Part shown: in pieces, positions 49,001-61,000 of the stretch | Layout: the number at the start of each line of letters is the position of its first letter | Position numbering within the stretch: the stretch's first letter is position 1 | Assembly (NCBI GenBank): GCA_001179505.1 | Contig: CDMY01000938.1 | Span: 124,001-188,000 of the forward strand | Direction: 5' to 3' | Length of the DNA: 64,000 nucleotides | Origin: Vitrella brassicaformis CCMP3155 | Lineage: Eukaryota > Protista > Chromerida | Made by a program: the position numbers and the translations under genes | The notes under the pieces: generated by a model | Databases searched by the model: none | The model's input: the letters and a program-made list of their open reading frames with translations, nothing else | What the model was told of the DNA's origin: nothing

Positions 49001-52000
49001 AGTGAAAGCCTCTCGGTGCCGGCCAGCCCGTCTCTCGCTTCCCTGCTCGACGTGCAGCCGCGGAGCATTGTGGAGTCTGTCTCGACCGAGATTCTGCTCA
49101 CCTTCAGCCCCATTGCCTCTTCTCTTCCTATCGCCTGCCGGCTCTTCCCAAGCGGCAGCGACGTCTTTCTCACTGGCAGCGGGCCGCAGATGGGGTGTCT
49201 GGTCACCATGACGCTTCCAGGCACGTACTCTCTGCAGCTGCAGTACTCATTCGCCCCTTCCCTGACCGCATGGGTCGACACGGGTTATGACATTCGGGCG
49301 CTCGCACGAGTGCAGCCGACGGGCATCTTCCCAGAGCAGATATGGCTTGAGGAAGAGGCCAGTGAAAGCGCCAGCACGGTGACAGTGCTCGTCAAGGGCA
49401 GTGGCTTCGGTGTCGTGAATGATGTCGAGTGTGCGCTCTTTGGCGGCACTGGGCAGACGGTGACGTCCGACACGGCAACAGTGGCGAGCGACACTGTGCT
49501 TCTATGCAGCTTTGCAACCAGCGGCCTTCGCAGCCTGGTACAGCACACGAGCGGAGACACCGTCGTCGAGCTGAGGGTCAGGACGTCAGACGGCATCACC
49601 GTCTTCCCCTTGCCTGTCGATGGGTCCAGCCAACTCCTGCTCACCCTCGTCACCGCCCTCGTCACTACCTTTGCCACGCACGAAGACGCGCCGACTCTCG
49701 GGCGACAGCTCAACCTCAGCGGCCTCACCTTCCCGGGCTCATTGGTCGACCAGGCCTTCGTAGACAATCAGCTGACACAGGACAGCGGTTGGGGCTGCGA
49801 CTACCGCACAGGAGCTCTCCACATGAGTCTCGCTGCAGCCAGGATTAACACAACACAGCTGTCGTGTCTCGTCCCCTCATCCATCGCCTCCATCGGAGGG
49901 GCGGTCGACCATCTTGCTGCGGGCTATCCGCCGGCTGCTGTCCAGTCAGCCGTCGAGACACCAGTGGATGTCGGCGCCACATTTCATCGCCTGATGCCGG
50001 GACTGAGGTCCTCGCCGACACCAAGCACCCCAGCCATCGTTGCCGGATCTGTCTCAGTGCTCGTCAAGACAAGGCAATTGATCGCGTCAGCTGGGACATA
50101 CCTGGCATCACTCTATGCTTCGGTGAGCTTCACGATCGACCGCGTGTCGCCCGATACTGTGTGGGAGGGGGTTTCTGTCCGAGTCATGATCGATGGGACG
50201 TTTTCAAGCGGCATCTTTCCCTCCAGCCTGCACTGCAACTTCCAGTACACGCTGACCTCTGGAGCTGCCGGACAAAACACCGTTCCTGTGGTGCAAGTGT
50301 CGACCAACACGCTTGTTTGTGAGGCGGCGACGTTTCAAGCCGTAGATGCGCAAGGGATCTCTGTGGGGCTTCAGCGCTCCCCTTCTGTCAACGAAGTGCC
50401 ATTGGCTGTGAGCCCCAACAAGCTATCCGTCCTGCCAGTGCCAATTGCTACAGCCATGGCGCCGTCAAGTGTGTGGAGCCTGATGCCGCTGCCGTATTTC
50501 ATCCAGGCTGCTGGTGTGCCGGTGTCGCCTCACGTGACGGCTGAGTGCCGCTGGGCAGTCATGGCACTGACGACAGACGCCAAAGCGAAGGCAATGCAGG
50601 TTGGCGATGTGGTGGCGACCTTCGCGACGATCGACTCAAGCACTCAGCTCAGCTGTTGGAGCCCGCGATTTGACGATCTTTCGGCTGCATCGGTGGGTCT
50701 CTCCGTCTCGTTTGTCTATGCGGACATGACTCTTGCCGCCACACACATACCTATTGCGAGCAACGCCACAACGATCACCGTCGCCAGCAGCATCCCTGTC
50801 GTGTCATCGGGCAGACACCTGCCCCTGCAGCTGAGCCACAACGTTGCGACAATCCCTGCCTCTGGCCTGGTCGCTTCCCTCCCCTCCACAGTGCACATCA
50901 AGTCTACGGCCAGCCTCTTCTCTGTCCTCGACCACACGAGCTTCCACTGTGTGTTCGATAAGGTCTTCAACGGCAATGCGGCCACCACAGCGGCACTTGC
51001 ACTGTCTGCCGACACACTCGTGTGCACAATGCCGCCGTCGAACGAGGCCCGGCTGACGGAGCTGCGTCTCGAGACCAAGCACGGAGCTCTGGTGCAAGTG
51101 TGGGAGTTCCGCTACATCGCCGATTTGCAAGGGGAGTGGTTCACCCACGGCGAGAGCATGCAGGGCCTGTCTCTACAAACAGCTGACTTTGTCCTCGACG
51201 GCGACCTGAAGAGCAGCTTGGAAGGCCTTGCGCCAACATGCCAAATCGATGTATACGACAAGGCCGCCCCGTCACAACCGTGCGGCCCTCCACAAAGCAG
51301 TGCCGCGTGTCAAGCGACGGTTACACAGGACGGGGTTCTCCAGTGTGCGTTTCAGCCACCCCTGGCCGACACGACGTGCAACCGCAACACGGCTGGAGTG
51401 CGGCTCTCCATCTTGTGTGACGACCAGCATGTCTGTGCTGACACGGCGCTTGAGTTCTCATCTACTGTGGTTACGAGCGATGCTGGCCTGGCCAGGACGG
51501 TCATTCCCATCTGGAGAGATGCTCCTGTGGAGCTGGCCTTGTTGGCTGCAAGCGAAGATCAGCTGGCGGACTTGTCGTCCTTCCCGTCCCCGCTTGCATG
51601 CCACCTTCACACGGTTCACACGGAGACGACATGGCAGTCCACACAGGGGTCGGTCACATTGAGCCCGTCCGGCTCCTCGTCCGCGTCACCAGTCACTGCT
51701 GCAGCCACTCTCTGTCGGTTGCCGCACGCCAGAGACACGGCTGGCCTTGCTGTGCAGCAGCTAGACGTGAGTGTGGCGGGCGTCTCCACGCCTGTCACCC
51801 GAGCGCTCTTGAGCATACACACAGCCCCTGGACACCTGACAGTGAGCCCGTCTTTTGGAGCGATGGCAGGGAGCGACGCCGTGCGTCTCGAGTTCACGTC
51901 CGACTGGGATTTTGCTACCATTTCTACTGCCCTTGATAGCTTCTATTGTCTTTTCATCGATCAGTATAGCGGTGCGAGAATTGAAGTCCCTGTGATCGAC

Positions 52001-55000
52001 ATCGTTGACTCGACGCTCACCTGCCAGAGCCCCCTGCACGTCGAGAGCACCCGACGGTCTCTGGTGGGGGGTGGCTGGACATCGTCGAGACAGCTGGAGG
52101 TCCGACTTATGCTCAAGAAGACATTTCCTCTCACCAATCCACCGGACTCACAGCTCAGCGTCGTGTCCACGTCTCTTTCCTATGGTCTCTTCACTTTCGT
52201 CGATCCTCGGTGGACTGCGGTCATGATTTCCGCCCCGTTTTCCACCACTGGAGTCGTCAGTGACGGCCTCACGCCGTTGCGTAACCTCTCACCGAGCAGC
52301 GCGCTTCTGATTTCCTCGATGGGGAGCGGGGCATTGCCGCCCCTGGAGCTGACTGTCGACAGCGCTTTTCAATTGTCGCGGACAGACATGTCGTGCCGCT
52401 TTGTGGATTTCACGGAGTACGTCAAGGGGACACAGCCATCGGGTATCCCTCTCGGAGACACACAAGCGACGGTCACCAGCAGTAGCCGACCCTCGAAGGT
52501 GACCTGCCCTCTCCCAACCATCCCTGTGATTGGAACTTATGAAGATCGCTTCCTTTCTCTGTCACTCGAGTCGTCCTGGACAGCGGCACCCTACAATGAC
52601 GAGTACCTGGCTGTCATTTCTAAGACGACGCACTTGCTTACACAGAGCACGTCAACGGAGCGAATCGACGCCACACACATCGCCGTGTCTTCCGTCTTCA
52701 CCTCTCAAAATAACGAACTTGTCATTCCCGCAACGGTGCTACCGAGGTGCGCTCTGCTAAGCGACACGGCGTCGATCGCCCCCTCTGTGTCATCGGCCGC
52801 TGTCTCGAACTACCGCGGCATTGCGTGCAAGTGGGCAAGTGTGGCAGCGGGGTCGTCTCCTGTCCACGCTGCGGCTGGCGGCAGCCTCAATCGGGGCTCC
52901 TTCGTCTTCGATCCCCGTGAGGTGGACCTGTCCATGGCTGGTTCGGCAGTCACGGTGTCTCAGCTGCCACCCGACCAGGATCCGGCGTCACTGACCGGCG
53001 ATGGCGCTGCACAGCCTCTGATTGCGGGGAAGACATCTTGTTTCAGGATGCTGTATCCTCAGGAGCTTTCGATCCAGTCCGCTCAGCTGACACTATCTTT
53101 GCTGTTGGAGACAGCCTTCACCTCCCCCGCAGCCCAGTTCTCATCCACTGCTGTCACTCTCTCAGAGCCCTGTCAAGTGGGGACCGCCACCCAGAGTCCC
53201 AGTCAGCTGCTCAGCGGGAAAAGGCAGATACTGCTGTGCTGTGCTGTGCCTGCAACACCGCCATTCATAGCCGGGCTGGCTTACATCGAGCTGGCTGCAC
53301 CTGCCCTGCAAAGCGCCACTATCTTGCTCGACATTCAGTCCAGCACAAGCAGTGTGACTCTCGAAGCTCCGCTGAGCCCTCTCCCCTTCTACCAAACCGC
53401 TGTCGAGGCGTCGGTTGCCCATGATTTGGTTATCGCCAGCGGCACTTTAGCGAGCCAGAGTGTCGCGGTGCCTGTAGACGGGGCGACCATTGGTGATGAG
53501 GTGGCGTGTGTGTGGTACTTTGAGCAGCAGAGCGAGCCGGCAATCACACTGGGAAATGTGCAGACAAGCGGGATCCTCACCTGTCCATCGCCAGAGGTGC
53601 CGTCATCTCTCAGGACAGGCAGGCTCTTCACCGGTCGAGCGGTCAGCCACCTGGCTGTCAAGGCGCTCGTGGATGACCTGAGTCGCAGTGAGACGGTCCA
53701 GTCCACAAGCACATCGGTCGTCATTCATTCTGCTGGTGGCACCCCCTTCGTCGCCGTGCAGCTCTCGACCATCGCCTGGGTCGGCCCCAACTTGTGCCGT
53801 GTCCGAGCAAGGGACCTTCATGTCTCTATCGAAGCGTTGCGGTTCACCTTGTCGGACTCCAGCGACCGTGCTCGAGTGCAGAGTGACATCACCAGCAGCC
53901 TTGAGTGCGTGTTCAGACGCAAGAAGGGTGTCAACAGCGGCACGAGTCCAGCTGCGGTGCGGACATTGGCTCGCTTGTACGGCAAGGCAGGGATGGTGGA
54001 GTGTGGGTGTCCCGACGGGCAGCACTTCGCCTCCGACGCATTGCCATCTGGATCATCCCTGCTGACTTTGGAGGTCGACATGAACGGTAAGGCACACACG
54101 AGAGTTCATGTCTCTGCACGATCAATGTATATGTGTTGTGTCTGCAGGGATCATTGTGAGTGAGCAGGCCGACGTTGAGATGCAGATGACACCCGAGGCT
54201 GCATGGCAATTGGCCACGCCAGTCCCATGGCCGGCGTCCTCTCCATCACGACCGACGGTGGCAATCTTCGACGGTCTGCACACGATTTACGTGTCCAAGG
54301 ACGACGCCCCCTCTCCTTCGCTAACCAACACCTTCACAGCCTCTCTCTGCTTTATCAACGGCGGCCAGGGATACCTCACAGAGAGCCCCTTGTCTTCACA
54401 GCACCTGGTGTGCTACATTCCCCCTCTCCCTGCCCCTGCGTCGCCCTCCTCGCCCCTCGCTCTCCTGGTCGGTGACTCGGGCATGGCTGCATGGGAGGAA
54501 TACCCCATTTTGGACAGAGATGATAGCACCTCCGCGCTGCACATTCAGCATGAGACGCTACCTACCATTGTATCGGTCAACCCTGCTTTCATCCGAGCGT
54601 CTTCGTCCGCCGGCAGCGGGACAAATGTCCGTGTCTCGGGTACCAACTTCTTCGAGACGTGTCGGTGCATCATTGGCACCCCTCGGACAGGCACAGGAGG
54701 TGCTCGCTATACCGCTGCTGATGTGCTCTTTGCGTCGAGCGGCATCACGTCAGGGCTGGACATCCAGCCCGCAACAGAATCTGTCTTTGTCGGCGCTACC
54801 ACAATCGACTGTCTGATCAGCCCCTGGACAGAGGCCATCAGTGAGGTCTACCTGGCTGTCGAGTGCACAAAGGAGTCCCTCACTTCCCTGCAGAACCAGA
54901 TTGTGGCATCCAGCCTGGTCAGGCTCGCCGTCGTGCCTTTCGACATCGCTTTGTTGGCGCGCTCTTCAGTCCTGGTTGGGCCACAGACGCCTGTAACGAT

Positions 55001-58000
55001 CGAGGGGAAGGGCTTCCTGCAAACGGGTCTGCTGAGCTCCCTCGGTTCATCGACGGCTTATGAGATGAATGTGGTGTCTCTGATGGAAGGGTTGGTGCAT
55101 CCCTTGCTGGACTTTACTTCGGTCCCGATGGACACACTTGCTCAGGTAAGTTACAGACAGGCAGCTACAGGCTGATTGATATCTGCGATATATATGCTGT
55201 CTCGTGTGCAGGGCCTGGCGCCAGCACGGCTGTCCGTTGCCAGCTCACTCAGCGTGGCCCTACAGCTGCAAGAAGGAGCCACCACCCGCCAGGTCTCCAT
55301 CACCGACACAAAGACCCTCTCACTGACATCGCTGCCTGTTCTCCAAGACGCCCACATGCTAACGTCCTTCTCTCGCCTCGCTGTGGCAATGCACTTTGAC
55401 ATCGACATAGTCAAGGACAACCTTCGGTGCTACGTGGGTGATCGCGTGACCGCTCTGTCCGCGACATCTCACCTGTGGTTCGAGAGCAAAGCGCCTTTGC
55501 TGGACCACAGCCGGAGCGTCATCTGTGACGTGGCGTCGACCCGCATGGCTTTCTCCGCCGCTGAGCCCAACTCCCTCACTTCGACGCTCCGCTCGCTCTT
55601 CGTCTTCGATGCGCTTTATCGCCACGCATACAGGTCGTTCCATTTCAACACCATATCGAGGCCGCAGCCTCACATTACATCCTTCGCGCCGCGGACGCTG
55701 CCCTTCGATGCCACGACCGTCGACTCGGGCATATTTATCGACGTATATGGCTATGCATTCCCGACGGACTCGCTTCCTGACCGCCCACTCGACTGTTATG
55801 TCCATTTTGGCGACCGCCAGGCCCGACAGACAGCCGTCCTGAGCGACACGCACATTCGTGTGACGCCGCCGTTGATGACGGCTGCAGTCAGCCTGCCGAT
55901 AGAGCTGCGATGCACTCAGTCTGTGAGCCCCGCAGCCCCAGTGCCCCTGAGCCACATGCCAGTGTGGCAATCGGTGGCGGTTGCATCCTCCTTGTCGATT
56001 GGCGGAGGGTCGTATTTCACCTTCACGTCTCTTCCGGTGATCGAGGAGGTGGCGCCCCGGCAGTTCTCGTCCCTGGACGCCCCCCTCCTGACTGTCCATG
56101 CTACGGGTCTGTCTCGCACAGAGAAGGCCTTCTGTCTCATAGGCTCCACGGCTGTGGCTGCCGAGGTCCTGACGTCGAACTTCCTGCGGTGTCGATGCCC
56201 CGTCTTGCAAGATGGAGAGACAGATGTGCAGATCGCCATCTCGGTCGATGGGGTGTGGTTCTCGCCACCCTGGACGCAATTATTGAGGATACAGCAGCGG
56301 GTGCGCTTGGTCGATGTCACGCCGTCGACCGTCCTGACATCCGGAGGGACAACTCTTGTAGCCACGGGGTACAACTTCCATATCTCTCCGACATACGGCG
56401 TGTTCGATAGCGGGCCGTCTGTCGAGTGTCGGCTTGGCAATGAGGTGATGGTGCGGGCGATTGCCGCCACATCAACTGAGGTGACATGTAGCATCCCGCC
56501 CCTTCCCCATGTGGAGAAGGAGATTGTTGACGCTGGCACAACCTCGACAACTCTCCCATTCACGCTGGTGTGGGACACCCAGGGCCTGCTGACGCCGGAG
56601 ACATCTGCCAGCCTGACCGTCACTGCCCGCCTACCCCCCGCCTTCTATCTCGTGTCTCCTGCGGTCGTCTTGCCACCCGGTGGCGCCACAATCACCCTCA
56701 ATGGAGTCGGTCTGGATGTGGCGTCGAATGCAAGGTGCGTCTTCATGGGTGCCACGAGCACTACGGTCGGCAGCATTTCGTCTACAGCGGTCAGCTGCCC
56801 CGTGCCAGCGTTGAGCAGTCTGCAGCTTGGGCCGTCGTCCACATCACCGCCCGTCGACACGATGATTCAGGTGGCCTACGAGGACAGCAGTGGCAACATA
56901 GTGGTGACGATCGATACCGGGCTGATGATCCGATACGTGGAGCCCCCGATGCTCAACACTACTCTCCCAGCCACCATGTGGGTGGGGCAATCTCTCTTCG
57001 TCAAGGGCGACGGCTTCCTCACCTCCCCCTACGTCATGCAATGCAAGCTGGACGCCGTCAGCTTTGACCCGCCATCAGCTGCCCCACTGCCCTCCTACAC
57101 CGAGACGGCTAAAGTCCACTCAGACAGCCTGCTCGAGTGTCCGGTGAACGCAGGCCTCACTGATGAATACATCCAAGTCAGCGTATCCCTCAACGGCCAG
57201 GAGTGGACGCCCGTGGGAACAATCGTCGCGCCAGGGGACGCGCAGAGGCTCGTCAGCCCTGCCACCGGGATATCGGCCCTTACACCTGCAGTGCTGCCCA
57301 CCGGCAGCTTCGGCAAGGTGACGTTCAGTATCACCTCGACGTGGAGCGAGGTGCATGTGGCGGACAATCTCCTCTGCGTGGCCGCCGATGTGGATTCCCC
57401 TCTGACGAATGCAGTCAAGATCGCCGTGCCCGTCGCTGTCGAGAGCTCTGTGGTCGAGACCACCGGTGTGACGAGCCTCGTGGCCTCTTGCATCTTCCCC
57501 CCTGTAGCCTCGAGCAACTACACCGTGGACCTCATTAGCGCCGCTCGGAATTGGGGCACTGCAAACGATCAGCCCACTCTGCTGTCCCTGACGGTTGCCA
57601 GTGCTGGTGTCTCTACAGCAGCTGCTGTACCACTGGAGGTCATTGAGACACAGCCAGATCTCTTGGTGAGAAGCGTCAGTCCCTATTTTGGATTCGCCGA
57701 CACGATGACTGAGGTGCTGGTCAGCGGCCTGTCCTCCATCGATCTCATTACCGCCTGTGCCTTCGGCTCGCCTTCCACTACATCACCACTTTCCTTCGAC
57801 CCCGCCATCCAGTCGCCAGCTGAGGTGGAGTTTCTCTCCAATGGGACAATCAACTGCACGGCAGTGGCTCAGCCCTTCCGTGACCCGCCCATCGACAGGC
57901 CCCTCTACGGAGGAGTGCAGCCTGTGTATGTGCAGTACAGCAACCTCCACTGGGTCGACACGGGCACCGCCTTCCTGTACCTCCCCAATCTGGTGGTCGA

Positions 58001-61000
58001 GTCCGTGCGGCCTTATGCGGGCAAGAATGTGGGAGGCGATGACATCACCGTCAAGACCAGTCCTCCCGACGAACTGGCTTCTCTCGGCTTCCCGCCGTGC
58101 ACGGTCGACAGCTGTCGGTGTCTCTTCACCTCTCTGGACAACTTGACTGTGGTGGAGGTGGTGGGCACGTGGAACGCAATCGATGGGAGCATCACTTGTG
58201 TGACGCCCGATGTCTCTGGAAGCGGCTTTACAGGTGAGCCAGGATCACCTGTGCTGTCGATTGTCGTGCCATCATTTCCTGTGTGTGTACATGTTTGCAG
58301 GTCCGATGAGGGTGTCGGCGTCTGTGGCCGGCGGCCTTGTGTGGAGCCGATCCGATGCTCTGTTCGAATTCTATGACACGCTGGGCTTCACTGGTGTGGC
58401 TCCGGACCTGACCAACGCCCTCGGAGGGACAGTCGTCACTATCACAGGCAGCATCCCACTCATCACAGACGGTACGCATCCTGCCACTGCACGCGCACGC
58501 TCATATGCACCGCCGTCTCACTCTCATGCAGGCGCAGTCTACTGCCGTTGGTATGCGACATCTCCCGATATCAACCAGCCCTATGACGTCGCAGCCATCA
58601 ACATCAGCGCCACCGAGGTGCTCTGCCTAGTGCCGTCACGATACCGATTCTTCAACTTCGTCCCAGTACCAGTGGGCGCTCACCTGCTGCTCAATGTCTC
58701 GGTGTCTGGGGAGCCCTTCGTGTGGGAGGAAGTGTCGCCGCCACTGGCGCAGCTCGAGCAGCATGAGACGCCGTCACGCGCCGACGCATCCCTTCTTGTC
58801 ACGCCACCGAAGAGCTTCAAAGAGGGAGGCGCCACCATCGATATCACCGGCACAGACATGAGGACCGACTTCCCGTCGCTGGCTCGCTGCCGCTTCCACC
58901 TGATGGAAAACGGCGTGTCAAGGTATGAGCTGGCCGTCAACGCCACGCCAGTCAGCACAAGTGTCGTCCAGTGTGTCGTGCCGGCCCTGACTGACATCAG
59001 CCTGACCCTGGCGCCGCCACAGAGCATCCAGGTGGACCTCTCTTTCGATGGGGGCGCAACCTTCTCAGCGCTGCACGGCCTCATCAAGTACGAGCCCGAC
59101 TCAGCCTTCACCCGCAACATCACCAATGACGATGGGACGGTGACCAGCCAGACGCCCATCGGCCTTATCGGGTCGGGCATGATCCTCAGCGAGCAGCTGT
59201 CGTGCCGCTACACCCGGTATGACCCCCTGCCCGAGACGGTGTACCCCCCTGTGCTGGCGGAGTGGCAGAGTCCCGACGAGATGCGGTGCGGCCTGATTAC
59301 TGTCACGGAGGGTTTCCATCGGGTGGAGTACTCCATCGATGGGCAGATCTTCAAAGACACGGGGCTCGTCTACACGGTCTATTCGACGCCTACGTTGGTC
59401 ACCATCGATCCGCAGAGAGGGCCCTACACGGGAGGCACCATCGTCAGCATCATAGGCAGCGACTTTGTGGCAACCCCGCGGCTGTCCTGCGCTTTCAACG
59501 ACACGATTGTCCTCGTGTATAACTTCATCAGCTCGAGCGAGATCCAATGCGTCTCTCCGCCTGCCCAACAGCCCGGCCTGGTCCTTGTAAAGGTTTCTCT
59601 TAACGGCATCGACTTCTTCGGCAACTTCACATTCGAGTATCTGCCTCTGTACAACGCGACAAGTGTCAGTCCATGGCACGCTTGGAGCTGGAATGACCAA
59701 GTGAGCAACCCACGGACACCCTCCTTGCGAGCTATGTCAATGTCTGATCATGTGTTCCTCTCTCTGTTTGTCAGGGTTTCTTGGTGCTGGAGGGAGACGG
59801 CCTTGTGGATCCAATGTCGTGTCAGTTTGGAGACCTGCCGTCAGAGGTGGCGCCTCACGTGTGGCCGTCCAACAGCTCGATGGCATGTGTCTCGCCAATC
59901 CTGCCCCTGCCAAAGCGGCCTAGCCCCGACATGTGGGACCGTGCAGAAGACCACTTTCTCACCTTCGTTGAGGTGAGCAAGGATCATTTCCTTGTGATGT
60001 GACGCGATGGGCCATCTTGTTCTCTCTTCAGGTGTCTCCCAACGATCAGGACTTCAGTCGGCTTCGACGGCAGTTCCTTTGGTATGAGCCTCCCATGGCC
60101 ACCCACAGCTCACCCGGGGCCTTCCTATCAGACAGGCCGATCAGCACAGACTTCTACGTCTTTGGGCAGTACTTCCGCCGTCTGCTGAGCGAGAGCTTCC
60201 TCTGCAAGATGGTCGTCTCATGGATGAACGAGACACAGGCCGAGATGGAGCTGCAGGCCGCTGCTGACGATCCCAATCTCACCGCCGCCATCCAGGAGCG
60301 CCTCGACAGCCACTGCAACAATCTGACCTTCCTGGCAGCCAACGACCCAGGATTCAGCATCGGCAACTACACCGAGGGCGCCAACAAGAGCTCGTACCTC
60401 TCGCCGAACGTCCTGCGCTGCCAGATACGCATCGACACGGCGTTTGTGCCTCTTGTGCCCGACGTGTGTCCAGGGAAGCATCGCCTCCCGTATGCACTTG
60501 AGGTCGCACGGACGCCCGAGATGTGGTCGGGGGCGGCCACATCGAGCAACAATGTGTCGACGGGGACCGCCGATATATGGAAGCCGCCGATCAGCCCCGA
60601 TGACACATCGCCGCCGGAGGTCCCGTGGGACAAGACACATGCATTGGGCGGTGGCTACCCAAGGCTGGGCAGCCCCTCTGTGTCGTTCGCTGTGCAGCTG
60701 AGAGAACCCATTCCAAAGACGCAGGTGAGAGAAAAAAGAGGGGGAAGGAGCCGGCCATCGGGTTTCACATACATTTTGTTTGCATTATATTCAGCTGCAC
60801 ATCCTGGTCGGGGACAATTTGGTAGAAGAGCTGGTCCCGGCCGACGCATGGACATTCGACGGCGAGGAGACGTACCGCCCCGACCCAGCAACCTTCAACG
60901 CGTCAAACGCCACCTTTCCCTTTCCAGCGGTCATGCTGCCCGGTATCGTCACCATCACCGTTATCAACCTGCCGCCGTTCACATCGGTTCCGTCTGGAGG

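Noticed and set aside
41927-54163. 4,078-aa ORF as a standalone intronless gene
   Set aside because: It starts at a TTG inside a splice acceptor and ends in an intron; both ends splice in frame to neighbouring IPT exons.
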